This document shows positions 29,821 to 40,037 of a DNA stretch of 55,874 nucleotides, piece after piece. The notes below the pieces were generated by a model. That model had not been told where the DNA came from. It saw nothing but the letters and a program-made list of their open reading frames with translations, and made no database searches. Made by a program: the position numbers and the translations under genes. Source of the stretch: Betaproteobacteria bacterium RIFCSPLOWO2_12_FULL_68_19 (GTDB lineage: Bacteria > Pseudomonadota > Gammaproteobacteria > Burkholderiales > SG8-39); NCBI GenBank assembly GCA_001772055.1, contig MERP01000102.1, positions 1 to 55,874 of the forward strand. The letters run 5' to 3'. Each line of letters starts with the position of its first letter. Positions within the stretch are counted from its first letter, which is position 1.

Positions 29821-31659
29821 GTGAACCGGTTTCCGACCTGGAAGTACGCGCTGATCGGCCTCGCCGTCCTGGCGGCATTGGTCTACACGCTGCCGAACTT
29901 CTTCGGCGACTCGCCCGCGGTGCAGGTATCGAGCAGCAAGACCACGGTGAACGTGGATACCCGGCTGATGACGCGGGTCGAGGAGATCCTCAAGAAGGCG
30001 GCAATCGACTACACCGGGGCGCTGCTCGACGCCACCAGCGTGCGCGTGCGCTTCGCCGACCCCGACACGCAGCTCAGGGCGCGCGACACCATCGAGCGGG
30101 CGCTCAATCCCGACCCCGCCAGCCCCACGTATGTGGTCGCGCTCAACCTGCTGCCGGCCTCGCCCGGCTGGCTGACGGCGATCGGCGCCCTTCCCATGTA
30201 CCTGGGCCTCGACCTGCGCGGCGGCGTGCATTTCCTGCTCCAGGTCGACTTGAAGGCCGCCATCAGCAAGCGGACCGAGAACATGACCGCCGAGGTGCGC
30301 GTGCTGCTGCGCCAGAAGGAGATCCGCGGCGGCATCGTCACGCGCGAGGACCAGGCCGTGCAGGTGCGGTTCCGCGACGCGGCAACGCGCGAGAAGGCGC
30401 GCGCGGCGATCCTCGCCAACCTTCCGGATCTGGCGCTCACGGAGCGCGATGCCGGGCAGGAGTTCCTGCTGGTCGGGACGCTCAGGCCGGAAGTGCACAA
30501 GCGCGTGCAGGAGACGGCCCTGCAGCAGAACATCGGCACGCTGCACAAGCGGGTCAACGAGCTCGGCGTCGCGGAACCCGTCATCCAGCAGCAGGGCGCC
30601 GACCGCATCGTGGTGCAGCTGCCCGGGGTGCAGGACGTGACGCGCGCCAAGGAGATTCTCGGCCGCACGGCGACCCTCGAGGTGCGGCTGGTCGACGAGG
30701 AGGCGATGCGCACCGGCCGCACCGCGGGCCTGGAAGTGTTCCCCGAGCGCAAGCGCGACGGCAGCGTGACCAACGTCCCGGTGAAGCGGGGCGTGATCGT
30801 CACCGGCGACCAGTTCATCGGCGCGCAGGCGACCTTCGACCAGGACAACCAGGCGGCGGTAGCCGTCGAGCTCGACCAGGCGGGCGGCCGCGCGATGCGC
30901 ACCACCACGCGCGAGAACATCAAGCGCCTCATGGCGATCATCCTGTTCGAGAAGGGCAAGGGCGAGGCGATCTCGGTTGCGACCATCCAGAGCGAGTTCG
31001 GCAACCGCTTCCAGATCACGGGCAGCTTCAGCACCGCCGAGACGAACAACCTCGCGCTGCTGATCCGCGCAGGGGCGCTCGCCGCGCCGATGGAGATCGT
31101 CGAGGAGCGCACCGTCGGCCCGAGCCTCGGGCGCGACAACATCGAGAAGGGCTTCAACGCCACGATGTGGGGCTTCATCGTCATCGTGGCGTTCATGTCG
31201 GCGTACTACGTGCTGTTCGGCGTCATCTCCTCGGTCGCGCTCGCGGTCAACCTGCTGCTGCTGGTGGCGCTGCTCTCGCTGCTGCAGGCCACGCTCACCC
31301 TGCCCGGCATCGCCGCCATCGCGCTCACGCTCGGCATGGCGATCGACGCCAACGTGCTCATCAACGAGCGCATCCGGGAGGAGATCCGCGGTGGCTCCAC
31401 TCCGCAGGCCGCGATCTCGGCGGGGTACGAGCGCGCCTGGGGCACGATCCTCGACTCGAACATCACCACCCTCATCGCCGGGCTGGCGCTGCTCATCTTC
31501 GGCTCGGGGCCGGTGCGGGGCTTCGCCGTGGTGCACTGCCTGGGCATCCTGACCTCGATGTTCTCGGCGGTGACGGTGTCGCGCGGCATCGTCAACCTGG
31601 TCTACGGCCACCGCCGCCGCGTGGCGAAGCTCGCCATCGGCGACACGGCCTGGAAGTGA
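29821..31659 (+). CDS. secD: protein translocase subunit SecD
   Basis: GTG start. It begins NRFPTWKYALI, has a large periplasmic domain, and has C-terminal TM helices with LGMAIDANVLINERIREE. Confidence 0.95.
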   Translation: MNRFPTWKYALIGLAVLAALVYTLPNFFGDSPAVQVSSSKTTVNVDTRLMTRVEEILKKAAIDYTGALLDATSVRVRFADPDTQLRARDTIERALNPDPASPTYVVALNLLPASPGWLTAIGALPMYLGLDLRGGVHFLLQVDLKAAISKRTENMTAEVRVLLRQKEIRGGIVTREDQAVQVRFRDAATREKARAAILANLPDLALTERDAGQEFLLVGTLRPEVHKRVQETALQQNIGTLHKRVNELGVAEPVIQQQGADRIVVQLPGVQDVTRAKEILGRTATLEVRLVDEEAMRTGRTAGLEVFPERKRDGSVTNVPVKRGVIVTGDQFIGAQATFDQDNQAAVAVELDQAGGRAMRTTTRENIKRLMAIILFEKGKGEAISVATIQSEFGNRFQITGSFSTAETNNLALLIRAGALAAPMEIVEERTVGPSLGRDNIEKGFNATMWGFIVIVAFMSAYYVLFGVISSVALAVNLLLLVALLSLLQATLTLPGIAAIALTLGMAIDANVLINERIREEIRGGSTPQAAISAGYERAWGTILDSNITTLIAGLALLIFGSGPVRGFAVVHCLGILTSMFSAVTVSRGIVNLVYGHRRRVAKLAIGDTAWK

Positions 31660-31667
31660 GCTAGCCG

Positions 31668-32606
31668 ATGGAGTTCTTCAAGATCCGGCGAACCATACCG
31701 TTCATGCGGTATGCCGTGATCTTCAACGTGATCTCGGTGCTCACCTTCGTCGCCGCGGTCGCCTCGCTCGCGATCCAGGGCCTCAATTTCTCGATCGAGT
31801 TCACCGGCGGCACCCTGATCGAGGTCTCCTATCCGCAGGCGACCGAAGTGCAGCAGATCCGCGGCACCCTCGAGAAGGCGGGCTACAAGGCCGAGGTGCA
31901 GAACTTCGGCTCCTCGCGCGACGTGCTGATCCGCATGCCGATCGAGAAGAACCAGTCCACCTCGCAGCTCTCGCAGGAGGTGCAGAAGCTGCTGCGCACC
32001 GCCGACGCTGGCGCCGAGGTGCGCCGCATCGAGTTCGTCGGGCCGCAGGTCGGCAGGGAGCTCGCCGAGTACGGCGCGCTCGCGCTGCTCGTCACCGCCG
32101 TGGGCATCGTGCTCTACCTGGCGCTGCGCTTCGAGTGGAAATTCGGCCTCGCCGGCATCGTCGCCAACCTGCACGACGTGGTCATCATCCTGGGCTTCTT
32201 CTCCTTCTTCCAGTGGGAGTTCTCGCTGCCGGTGCTCGCCGCGGTGCTCGCCATCCTGGGCTACTCGGTCAACGAGTCGGTGGTGATCTTCGACCGGGTG
32301 CGGGAGAACTTCCGCAAGATGCGCAAGGCCGGCACCACCGAGGTGCTGGACGCCTCCATCACCGCCAACATCTCGCGCACCATCATCACGCACGGCAGCA
32401 CGCAGATCATGGCGCTCACCATGCTCCTTTTCGGCGGCCCGGCCCTGCACTACTTCGCCGTCGCGCTCACCATCGGCATCCTGTTCGGCATTTACTCGTC
32501 GGTGTTCGTCGCCGCCGCGCTGCTCATGTGGTTCAAGGTCTCGCGCGCGCACTTCATCAAGCCCCCGCGCAAGGGCCGGGACGAGCACGAGGGGGCCGTA
32601 GTCTAG
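31668..32606 (+). CDS. secF: protein translocase subunit SecF
   Basis: 312 aa with FSIEFTGGT and GYSVNESVVIFDRVREN. Confidence 0.95.
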   Translation: MEFFKIRRTIPFMRYAVIFNVISVLTFVAAVASLAIQGLNFSIEFTGGTLIEVSYPQATEVQQIRGTLEKAGYKAEVQNFGSSRDVLIRMPIEKNQSTSQLSQEVQKLLRTADAGAEVRRIEFVGPQVGRELAEYGALALLVTAVGIVLYLALRFEWKFGLAGIVANLHDVVIILGFFSFFQWEFSLPVLAAVLAILGYSVNESVVIFDRVRENFRKMRKAGTTEVLDASITANISRTIITHGSTQIMALTMLLFGGPALHYFAVALTIGILFGIYSSVFVAAALLMWFKVSRAHFIKPPRKGRDEHEGAVV

Positions 32607-32616
32607 TTTTTCCGGG

Positions 32617-34632
32617 TTATTTCAGGATCTGCACCAGGTTCGAATAGTCGTCGGTCCAGGTGCGCCACTCGGGCCGGTCTTGTGCCGGCACTGCCCCGGC
32701 AGCGACGATTTCCTTGCGCTTGAGCGCCGCCGGGTCGCGCGATACCAGCACCCAGTCGGTGCGCGAGCGAGCGCCGCTGTCCTCGTCCTCCGGTTCGTCG
32801 GCGACCAGCACCGCGTGCGCGCCGTTCTCCTTCGCCAGGCGCGCCACCACCGGCGTGAGCTCGAGGAAGCGGTTGGACACGTGGAACGCGACGATCCCGC
32901 CCGCGCGCACGTGCCGCAGGTACGCGCCGAGCGCCTCGCGCGTGATGAGGTGCACCGGAATCGCGTCGCTCGAGAAGGCGTCGACCGCCAGCACGTCGAA
33001 TTCCTGCGGCGCCTCGCGCTCGAGCGTCAGGCGCGCGTCGCCGAGCGCGAGCTCGATGCGCGCCTCGCTGTCGGCGAGGTAGGTGAACTCGCTCTGCGCC
33101 AGCCGCACGACGCGCGCGTCGATCTCGTAGAAGCGGTACAGGTCGCCGCGCCGCCCGTAGGCGGCGATGGTGCCGGTGCCCAGTCCGATCACCCCCACGC
33201 GCGCCGGGCGATGCTGCTTGGAGCGGATCGCCGCGCCGATGCCCGAGGCTTCGTGGTAGTAGGTGGTGAGCATGCGGCGCGTGCCCTCGTGCAGGTACTG
33301 CTCGCCGTGCATGATCGTGCCGTGCACCAGGCGCCGCAGGTGCGTCACCTCGCCCGGCGAGCCGTACTCCTTCACCCGCAGCACGCCGTAGAAGCTGCGT
33401 GCCGCGATGCGCACGTCCTCGTGGTCGCGCAGGCCGTCGTATACCGCGCAGGCCACGACCGCGAGCAGCGCCGCGAGGCTCGCGCCGCGCGCCACGAGGC
33501 CCAGCGCCGCGAAGCGCAGCGCGGCGAGCAGCGCGAGCACCGCCAGGCCGATGCCGAGCTCGTAGTAGCCGCTGAACGCGAGCGGCGCCGCCACCGCGAC
33601 CAGCAGCCCGCCGAGCGCGCCGCCCGCCGAGACGACGAGGTAGAAGGCGGTGAGATGGCGCGGCTCGGGCCGCAGCCGGTAGAGCTCGCCGTGGCAGAAC
33701 ACGCAGCCGAGCAGCAGCCCCGGCAGGAACACGCCGAGCTGCAGCGGCAGGTCGAACTGGAAGTCGTCGTCGGCGATCAGCCAGGCCATCGCGGCGATCC
33801 ATGCCAGCAGGAACGGCCACAGCGTCTCGGCGCGGTAGATGCGCCCGCCCTCGAAGGTCACGATGAAGCTCGCGAGGTAAAGGGTGAGCGGCGCGAGCCA
33901 GAGCAGCGGCACCGAGGCCACGTTCTGCGTCAGGTGGTTGGTCACGGCGAGCAGCAGCACCGAGCCGGTCGCCGACAGCGCGAGCCACAGCAGCACCTCG
34001 GCCGCCTCGAATCTCGGCGCAACGCCCCCCTGGCGTCGCGCGGGCGCGCCCGCGGGCGCGGGCGCGCTCCAGGCGGCGAAGGCGCAAAGCGCGGCAAAGG
34101 CCGCGAACAGCCAGGACCAGATCCAGACCTGCTCGCCGGCGCTGAAGTACGGCTCGAGCAGGAAGGGATAGCCGAGCAGCGCGACGAGCGAGGCGAGGTT
34201 CGATACCGCGAACAGCCGATAGGGGTTCTCGCCGGGCCGCGCGCGCGCGAACCAGGCCTGCACGAGCGGGCCGGTCGAGGCGAGCAGGAAGTACGGCACG
34301 CCGACCGACGCGCCGAGCAGCAGCAGGATGTGGCTCACCGGCTCGTCCTCGCCGGCGGGCTTCCAGTCCTGCGCCGGGGCGATCGGCAGCGTCGCCACCG
34401 CGGCGGCGATCAGCAGGGCATGGAGGGCGAACTGGAGATTCTTCCCGGGGATCCTCGCATTCAGGAGGTGCGCATACGCGTAGCCCGCGAGCAGCAGCGC
34501 CTGGAAGAACAGCATGCAGGTGGTCCACACCGCGGCGCTGCCGCCGAACCAGGGCAGGATCAGGCGCGCGATGAGCGGCTGCACCAGGAACAGCAGGAAC
34601 GACGACAGGAAGATCGTGCCCGCGTGCAGCAT
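32617..34632 (-). CDS. fused polytopic membrane domain plus spermidine-synthase-like methyltransferase-fold protein
   Basis: 671 aa. About 430 aa of TM helices are followed by VGVIGLGTGT...DVLAVDAFSSDAIPVHL, a spermidine-synthase-type fold. Confidence 0.75.
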   Translation of the reverse strand: MLHAGTIFLSSFLLFLVQPLIARLILPWFGGSAAVWTTCMLFFQALLLAGYAYAHLLNARIPGKNLQFALHALLIAAAVATLPIAPAQDWKPAGEDEPVSHILLLLGASVGVPYFLLASTGPLVQAWFARARPGENPYRLFAVSNLASLVALLGYPFLLEPYFSAGEQVWIWSWLFAAFAALCAFAAWSAPAPAGAPARRQGGVAPRFEAAEVLLWLALSATGSVLLLAVTNHLTQNVASVPLLWLAPLTLYLASFIVTFEGGRIYRAETLWPFLLAWIAAMAWLIADDDFQFDLPLQLGVFLPGLLLGCVFCHGELYRLRPEPRHLTAFYLVVSAGGALGGLLVAVAAPLAFSGYYELGIGLAVLALLAALRFAALGLVARGASLAALLAVVACAVYDGLRDHEDVRIAARSFYGVLRVKEYGSPGEVTHLRRLVHGTIMHGEQYLHEGTRRMLTTYYHEASGIGAAIRSKQHRPARVGVIGLGTGTIAAYGRRGDLYRFYEIDARVVRLAQSEFTYLADSEARIELALGDARLTLEREAPQEFDVLAVDAFSSDAIPVHLITREALGAYLRHVRAGGIVAFHVSNRFLELTPVVARLAKENGAHAVLVADEPEDEDSGARSRTDWVLVSRDPAALKRKEIVAAGAVPAQDRPEWRTWTDDYSNLVQILK

Positions 34633-34659
34633 CGACCGCTAAGGTTCCTGTCCTCTGTC

Positions 34660-36024
34660 CTATATCCGCTTGGCGAGCTCGGCGGCGAGGCCGGTGTACC
34701 TGGCGGGAGTGAGGGCGAGCAGGCGCTTCTTCGCTTCCGGCGGGATCGGCAGCGCACGCACGAACTGCGCGAGCCGCCTGCGCTCGAGCCGCTTGCCGCG
34801 GCTGATGGCCTTGAGCTTGTCGTAGGCATCGGGCACGCCGTGGCGGCGCATCACCTGCTGCACCGCCTCGGCGAGCACCTCCCAGTTGCCCTCGAGGTCG
34901 GCGGCGAGGCGCGCCGGGTCGGCCTGCAGCCTGCCGAGCCCGCGCAGGCAGGCCTGGTAGGCGAGCAGCGTGTGGCCGAGCGCGGTGCCGAGGTTGCGCT
35001 GCGCGGTCGAGTCGGAGAGGTCGCGCTGCCAGCGCGACACCGGCAGCTTGTCCGAGAGGTGGCGCAGCAGCGCGTTCGCCACGCCGAGGTTGCCTTCCGA
35101 GTTCTCGAAGTCGATCGGGTTGACCTTGTGCGGCATGGTCGAGGAGCCCACCTCGCCTTTCGTCGCTTTCTGCGCGAAGTAGCCGAGCGAGACGTAGCCC
35201 CACAGGTCGCGGTCCAGGCCGAGCAGCACGCAGTTGGCATGCGCGTAGGCATCGAGCAGCTCCGCCAGCCAGTCGTGCGGCTCGATCTGCGTCGTATAAG
35301 GGTTGAACTCGAGCCCCAGGCGCTCGACGAAGCGCCGGCAGAAGCGCTCCCAGCCGAAGCCCGGGTACGCCGCGACATGCGCGTTGTAGTTGCCGACCGC
35401 GCCGTTCAGCTTGCCCAGCACCGCGACGCGCGCGATGCGCGCGCGCGCGCGCGCCAGGCGGTGCGCGAAGTTCGCCATCTCCTTGCCGAGCGTGGTCGGC
35501 GTCGCCGCCTGCCCGTGCGTGCGCGAGAGCATCGGCAGCGCGGCGTGGCGGCGCGCGAGCTGCCTGAGCGCGCCGATGAGCCGCTCGAGCGCGGGCAGCA
35601 TCACCGCCTCGCGCGACTCGCGCACCATCAGCGCGTAGGCGAGGTTGTTGATGTCCTCGGAAGTGCAGGCGAAGTGCACGAACTCGAGCGCGCGCTGCGC
35701 CTCGCGGTTCTTCGCCAGCCTGGCGCGCAGCCAGTACTCGATCGCCTTGACGTCGTGGCTGGTCTCGGCCTCGATGTTCTTGATGTGCTCGGCGTCGCGC
35801 TCGGAGAAGGCCTTTTGAATTCTCAAGAACTCGTTCAAAGTCCTCTTTGCAAAGGGCTTGAGCTCGCGGATCGCGCGCTCGGCGGCGAGCGCCTGCAGCC
35901 AGGCGAGCTCGACCCGCACGCGGTAGCCGATGAGCGCCTGCTCGCTGAAGTACCCGCGCAGGGGATCGACGGTCCTGGCGTACCGGCCGTCGAGAGGCGA
36001 CAGCGCGGCGAGCGGCGAGGGCAT
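34660..36024 (-). CDS. purB: adenylosuccinate lyase
   Basis: 454 aa starting LSPLDGRYA, with SSTMPHKVNPIDFEN, the fumarate-lyase signature. Confidence 0.95.
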   Translation of the reverse strand: MPSPLAALSPLDGRYARTVDPLRGYFSEQALIGYRVRVELAWLQALAAERAIRELKPFAKRTLNEFLRIQKAFSERDAEHIKNIEAETSHDVKAIEYWLRARLAKNREAQRALEFVHFACTSEDINNLAYALMVRESREAVMLPALERLIGALRQLARRHAALPMLSRTHGQAATPTTLGKEMANFAHRLARARARIARVAVLGKLNGAVGNYNAHVAAYPGFGWERFCRRFVERLGLEFNPYTTQIEPHDWLAELLDAYAHANCVLLGLDRDLWGYVSLGYFAQKATKGEVGSSTMPHKVNPIDFENSEGNLGVANALLRHLSDKLPVSRWQRDLSDSTAQRNLGTALGHTLLAYQACLRGLGRLQADPARLAADLEGNWEVLAEAVQQVMRRHGVPDAYDKLKAISRGKRLERRRLAQFVRALPIPPEAKKRLLALTPARYTGLAAELAKRI

Positions 36025-36043
36025 GGGGCTTTATTATAGAGGG

Positions 36044-36637
36044 ATGGGTTCGGCCGCATTCAGGGCCGTGGTCGCCGAGGCGCGCGCGTGCGTGGCCTGC
36101 CGGCGCGAGCTGCCGCACGCGCCCCGGCCGGTGTTCCATGTCGGCGCAGCCGCGCGGCTGCTGATCGTCGGCCAGGCGCCGGGACGGCGCGTGCACGAGA
36201 CCGGCATCCCGTGGAACGACCCGTCCGGCGAAGCGCTGCGCGAGTGGCTGGCAATGGACCGCGCTACCTTCTACGACAGCTCGCGCATCGCCATCGTGCC
36301 CGCGGGCCTGTGCTATCCGGGCACGGTCGGCGGCTCCGACCTGCCGCCGCGCCCCGAGTGCGCGCCGCGCTGGCAGCCGCGCTTCCGCGCCGCGCTGCCC
36401 GGGACAAGTCTCACCCTCTTGATAGGCATCTATGCGCAGGCCTACTGGCTGGGCGCGAGGAGGAAGAAGACCTTGTCGGAAACTGTGGGGGCGTACCGCG
36501 ACTACCTGCCGGAGTTCTTTCCGCTGCCGCATCCGAGCTGGCGCAACCGCGCCTGGCTGAAGAAAAACCCCTGGTTCGCAGACCAGGTCATCCCGGAGCT
36601 CAGGCAGCGCGTCAAGCGCTGCATCGGACAGGTATAA
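36044..36637 (+). CDS. uracil-DNA glycosylase superfamily protein
   Basis: It carries the LLIVGQAPG motif and ...PLPHPS near the C-terminus. Start ATG 36044 is chosen; ATG 36023 is the alternative. Confidence 0.7.
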   Translation: MGSAAFRAVVAEARACVACRRELPHAPRPVFHVGAAARLLIVGQAPGRRVHETGIPWNDPSGEALREWLAMDRATFYDSSRIAIVPAGLCYPGTVGGSDLPPRPECAPRWQPRFRAALPGTSLTLLIGIYAQAYWLGARRKKTLSETVGAYRDYLPEFFPLPHPSWRNRAWLKKNPWFADQVIPELRQRVKRCIGQV

Positions 36638-36649
36638 TCCGCGCCCGCC

Positions 36650-37267
36650 ATGAAACTGCTCGCCTCCCCGGCCAGTCCCTATACGCGCAAGGTGCGCGTC
36701 GTGCTCACCGAGAAGCGCATCGACTGCGACCTGGAAAACGTCGACGTGCAGCCGGCCGACAACCCGGTCAACGCCTACAACCCGCTCGGCAAGATCCCCA
36801 CCCTGGTGCTCGACGACGGCACGGCGCTCTACGACTCGCGCGTGATCGTGGAATTCCTCGACAGCGTCTCGCCCATCAGCCGGCTCATCCCCGACGAGAT
36901 GCGCGAGCGCGTCGCGGTGCGCCGCTGGGAGGCGCTCGCCGACGGCGTGCTCGACGCGGGGCTGCTGGTGCGCTACGAGTCGCTGCGCGACAGGAAAGAG
37001 CAGAGCGCGGCCTGGGTGGGCAAGCAGCTCGCGCGCATGCGCCGCGGCATGGAGCAGATGCAGGGCGAGCTCGACGGGCGCAGCTGGTGCCACAACGGCC
37101 GCTACTCGCTCGCCGACATCGCGGTCGGCTGCTGCCTGGGCTGGCTCGGCTTGCGCAAGCCCGGCGACATCGACTGGCACACGCAGTACCCCGGCCTCGG
37201 GCAGCACTACAAGAAGCTCATGGAGCGAGCGGCCTTCGCCGATACCGCGCCCCAGCTACCCAAGTAG
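36650..37267 (+). CDS. glutathione S-transferase family protein
   Basis: The N-terminal thioredoxin-like domain reads SPYTRKVRVVL...NPLGKIPTLVLDDG..LYDSRVIVEFLD. Confidence 0.85.
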   Translation: MKLLASPASPYTRKVRVVLTEKRIDCDLENVDVQPADNPVNAYNPLGKIPTLVLDDGTALYDSRVIVEFLDSVSPISRLIPDEMRERVAVRRWEALADGVLDAGLLVRYESLRDRKEQSAAWVGKQLARMRRGMEQMQGELDGRSWCHNGRYSLADIAVGCCLGWLGLRKPGDIDWHTQYPGLGQHYKKLMERAAFADTAPQLPK

Positions 37268-38338
37268 TCAGTCGGTAATGATCCCGCCGCCCAGGCAAAC
37301 CTCGCGGTCGTAGAGCACCACCGACTGCCCGGGCGTCACCGCCCACTGCGGCGCCTCGAAGTCGACCCTGATCTCGCTGTCGAGCACCTTCGAGAGCGTG
37401 CACGGCGCATCGGCTTGCCGGTAGCGCGTCTTGGCGGCATGCGCCGAAGGGCTCGCGGGCGCCCGTCCCGCGATCCAGCTCGCGTCCGCGGCGTGCAGCG
37501 AGCGCTTCATGAGCAGCGGATGGTCGTGGCCCTGCACCACCACCAGTTCGTTCGTCTCCAGCCTTTTCCCGGCCACGTACCACGCCTCGCCGCTCGTTTC
37601 CTTCTGCCCGCCGATGCCGATGCCCTTCCTCTGGCCGATGGTGTAGAAGGCGAGACCGATGTGCTCCCCGACGGCACGGTTCCTCTCGTCGACGATCTTT
37701 CCGGGCACCCTGGGCAGGTACCGGTTGAGGAACTCGCGGAAGGGCCGCTCGCCGATGAAGCAGATGCCGGTCGAGTCCTTCTTGGCGTGGTTCGGCAGCC
37801 CGGCCTCCAGGGCGATGCGGCGCACCTCGCTCTTCCCCAGCTCGCCCACGGGGAACAGCACGCGCGAGAGCTGCTCCTGCGTGAGGCGATGCAGGAAATA
37901 GCTCTGGTCCTTGGCCTGGTCCTTTCCCTTCAGGAGCCGCACCTCGCCCTCGAAAACATCGGTCCGGGCGTAGTGCCCGGTCGCGATGCGCTCGGCGCCC
38001 AGCCGCATGGCATGGTCGAGGAAGGCGCGGAACTTGATCTCGGCGTTGCACAGCACGTCGGGGTTGGGCGTGCGCCCGGCGGCGTACTCGCGCAGGAAAT
38101 CGGCGAACACGCGGTCCTTGTACTCGGCGGAGAAGTTGACCGCCTCGAGCTCGACGCCGATCGCGTCGGCCGCGGCCGCCGCGTCGACCAGGTCCTCGCG
38201 CGTCGAGCAGTACTCCTCGCTGTCGTCATCCTCCCAGTTCTTCATGAACAGGCCGACGACCTCGTGCCCCGCGCGCTTCAGGAGCAGCGCGGCAACCGAG
38301 GAATCGACCCCGCCCGACATGCCGACCACGACTTTCAT
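37268..38338 (-). CDS. mnmA: tRNA 2-thiouridine(34) synthase
   Basis: It starts [17 protein letters not shown] (PP-loop) and has typical MnmA sequence throughout. The start is the internal ATG 38338. Confidence 0.95.
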   Translation of the reverse strand: MKVVVGMSGGVDSSVAALLLKRAGHEVVGLFMKNWEDDDSEEYCSTREDLVDAAAAADAIGVELEAVNFSAEYKDRVFADFLREYAAGRTPNPDVLCNAEIKFRAFLDHAMRLGAERIATGHYARTDVFEGEVRLLKGKDQAKDQSYFLHRLTQEQLSRVLFPVGELGKSEVRRIALEAGLPNHAKKDSTGICFIGERPFREFLNRYLPRVPGKIVDERNRAVGEHIGLAFYTIGQRKGIGIGGQKETSGEAWYVAGKRLETNELVVVQGHDHPLLMKRSLHAADASWIAGRAPASPSAHAAKTRYRQADAPCTLSKVLDSEIRVDFEAPQWAVTPGQSVVLYDREVCLGGGIITD

Positions 38339-38784
38339 GGGAACTCTTTGGAGAGCGCCTCGAGCGAAAAATTCCTGCCGGCGAGGAAATCCGCGACGCA
38401 CTTCTCCACCAGCGGCGAGCGGTGCTCCGCCCTGCGCGCCGCGAGCTCCCCCGGCGTGAGCCAGTGCAGCGCCACGATCTCGTTGTCGAGCTTGAGGGAA
38501 GGATCGGAGCCGAGCACCCGGCCGGAAAAACAGAACCTCAGGAAGGTCACGTCCTTCGCCGCGTAATGCCAGCGGTAGATGCCCACCAGCCCCGTCGGCT
38601 CGAAGTGGTGCGCCGTCTCTTCGAGCACCTCGCGCCGGCAGGCCGCCGCCAGCGACTCGCCGGGATCGAGGTGCCCGGCGGGCTGGTTGAGCACCAGGCG
38701 CTCGTCGATTCTCTCCTCCACGAGCAGGAAGCGGCCGCCGCGCTCGATCACGGCGGCGACCGTGACGCTCGGCCGCCACGCCAT
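38335..38784 (-). CDS. NUDIX hydrolase
   Basis: The Nudix box is [21 protein letters not shown]. Its stop overlaps the mnmA start in an ATGA. Confidence 0.85.
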   Translation of the reverse strand: MAWRPSVTVAAVIERGGRFLLVEERIDERLVLNQPAGHLDPGESLAAACRREVLEETAHHFEPTGLVGIYRWHYAAKDVTFLRFCFSGRVLGSDPSLKLDNEIVALHWLTPGELAARRAEHRSPLVEKCVADFLAGRNFSLEALSKEFP

Positions 38785-38785
38785 G

Positions 38786-40000
38786 TCAGGCGGCTTTCTT
38801 GGTGTTCTTGCGGATGAACTCCGCCATGCGCTGCACGCCGGCCTCGATCTGCTGCTTCGAGGCGGCATAGGAGAAGCGCAGGTGCTGCCCCTCGCCGGGC
38901 ACGCGGCTGCCGAAATGGATGTCGGCGAGCACCGCCACGCCGGCCTCGTTGAGCAGCCGCTTCCTGAACTCCTCGGAGTCGGCCGCGCCGATGCGCCGGC
39001 AGGCCTCCGAGACGTTCGGCCAGACGTAGAAGGCGCCGCCCGGCAGCTGGCACTTCACGCCCGGGACCTCGTTCAGAAGCCGCACAATCAGATTTCGTCG
39101 CTCCAGAAAACTGTCCTTCATGGCCTGGGCCGCGCCCTGCGGCCCGGTGATCGCTTCCAGCGCCGCCCACTGGCTGATCTGCGAGGCGCAGGACTCGGTG
39201 TTGGTGATCCAGCGCGTGAACACCGGCGCGAGCGCCGGGTTGGAGGTGAAGCCGATGCGCCAGCCGGTCATCGCCCAGGTCTTGGAGGCGCCGTCCGAGA
39301 TGATGGTGCGCTCGTACATGCCGGGAAGCTGCGCGATGGAGAAGAACTCGCCGTTGAACACCAGGCGCGAGTAGATCTCGTCGGCATACACCCAGACCTG
39401 GGGATGGCGCTTCAGCACTTCCGCAACCTGAATGAGGTCTTCTTTGGAAAGGCAGCCCCCGGTCGGGTTGTGCGGATAGTTGAGGATCAGCAGCCTGGTT
39501 TTCTTGTTTAGGAGTTTTTCAAGATCTTCGACATTGAAGGCGAAGGCCTTGTCCTCGTGCAGGTGGATCGGCACGGGCTTCGCGCCGTTCGCCAGGATCT
39601 GCGACTCGTAGATCGGGAAGCCCGGGTTGGGGTAGATCACCTCGTCGCCCGCGCCGTAGTCGGTGCTCGAGAGGACGGCGTAGGCGATGAAGGGCTTCGC
39701 GCCCGCGCCCACCACCACGTCCTGCGCGCGGATCGGCAGGCCGCCGCGCATACCCGACAGGTACTTCGCCGCCGCCTCCCGCAATTCGTCGATGCCCGCC
39801 GAGGGGGTGTAGCCGTGCTTGCCGGACTTGATCGCGCGGATCGCCGCTTCCTGCACGTTGTCCGGGGCCGGGAAGTCGGGCTGGCCGATGCAGAAGCTGA
39901 TGATGTCCTTGCCCTGGCGGGCGAGCGCGTTGACCTCGGCCAGCACCACGAAGGCGTTCTCCGTTCCCAGGCTCGCGGCGCGGCGGCTGATGTCCGGCAT
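38786..40000 (-). CDS. class I/II pyridoxal-phosphate-dependent aminotransferase
   Basis: It has the NYPHNPTGG motif and the SKTWAMTGWRIG PLP-lysine motif. The start is the internal ATG 40000. Confidence 0.85.
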   Translation of the reverse strand: MPDISRRAASLGTENAFVVLAEVNALARQGKDIISFCIGQPDFPAPDNVQEAAIRAIKSGKHGYTPSAGIDELREAAAKYLSGMRGGLPIRAQDVVVGAGAKPFIAYAVLSSTDYGAGDEVIYPNPGFPIYESQILANGAKPVPIHLHEDKAFAFNVEDLEKLLNKKTRLLILNYPHNPTGGCLSKEDLIQVAEVLKRHPQVWVYADEIYSRLVFNGEFFSIAQLPGMYERTIISDGASKTWAMTGWRIGFTSNPALAPVFTRWITNTESCASQISQWAALEAITGPQGAAQAMKDSFLERRNLIVRLLNEVPGVKCQLPGGAFYVWPNVSEACRRIGAADSEEFRKRLLNEAGVAVLADIHFGSRVPGEGQHLRFSYAASKQQIEAGVQRMAEFIRKNTKKAA

Positions 40001-40037
40001 GAGGATGTCCGTCGAAAAGTCCTTATTATGCCGCCTC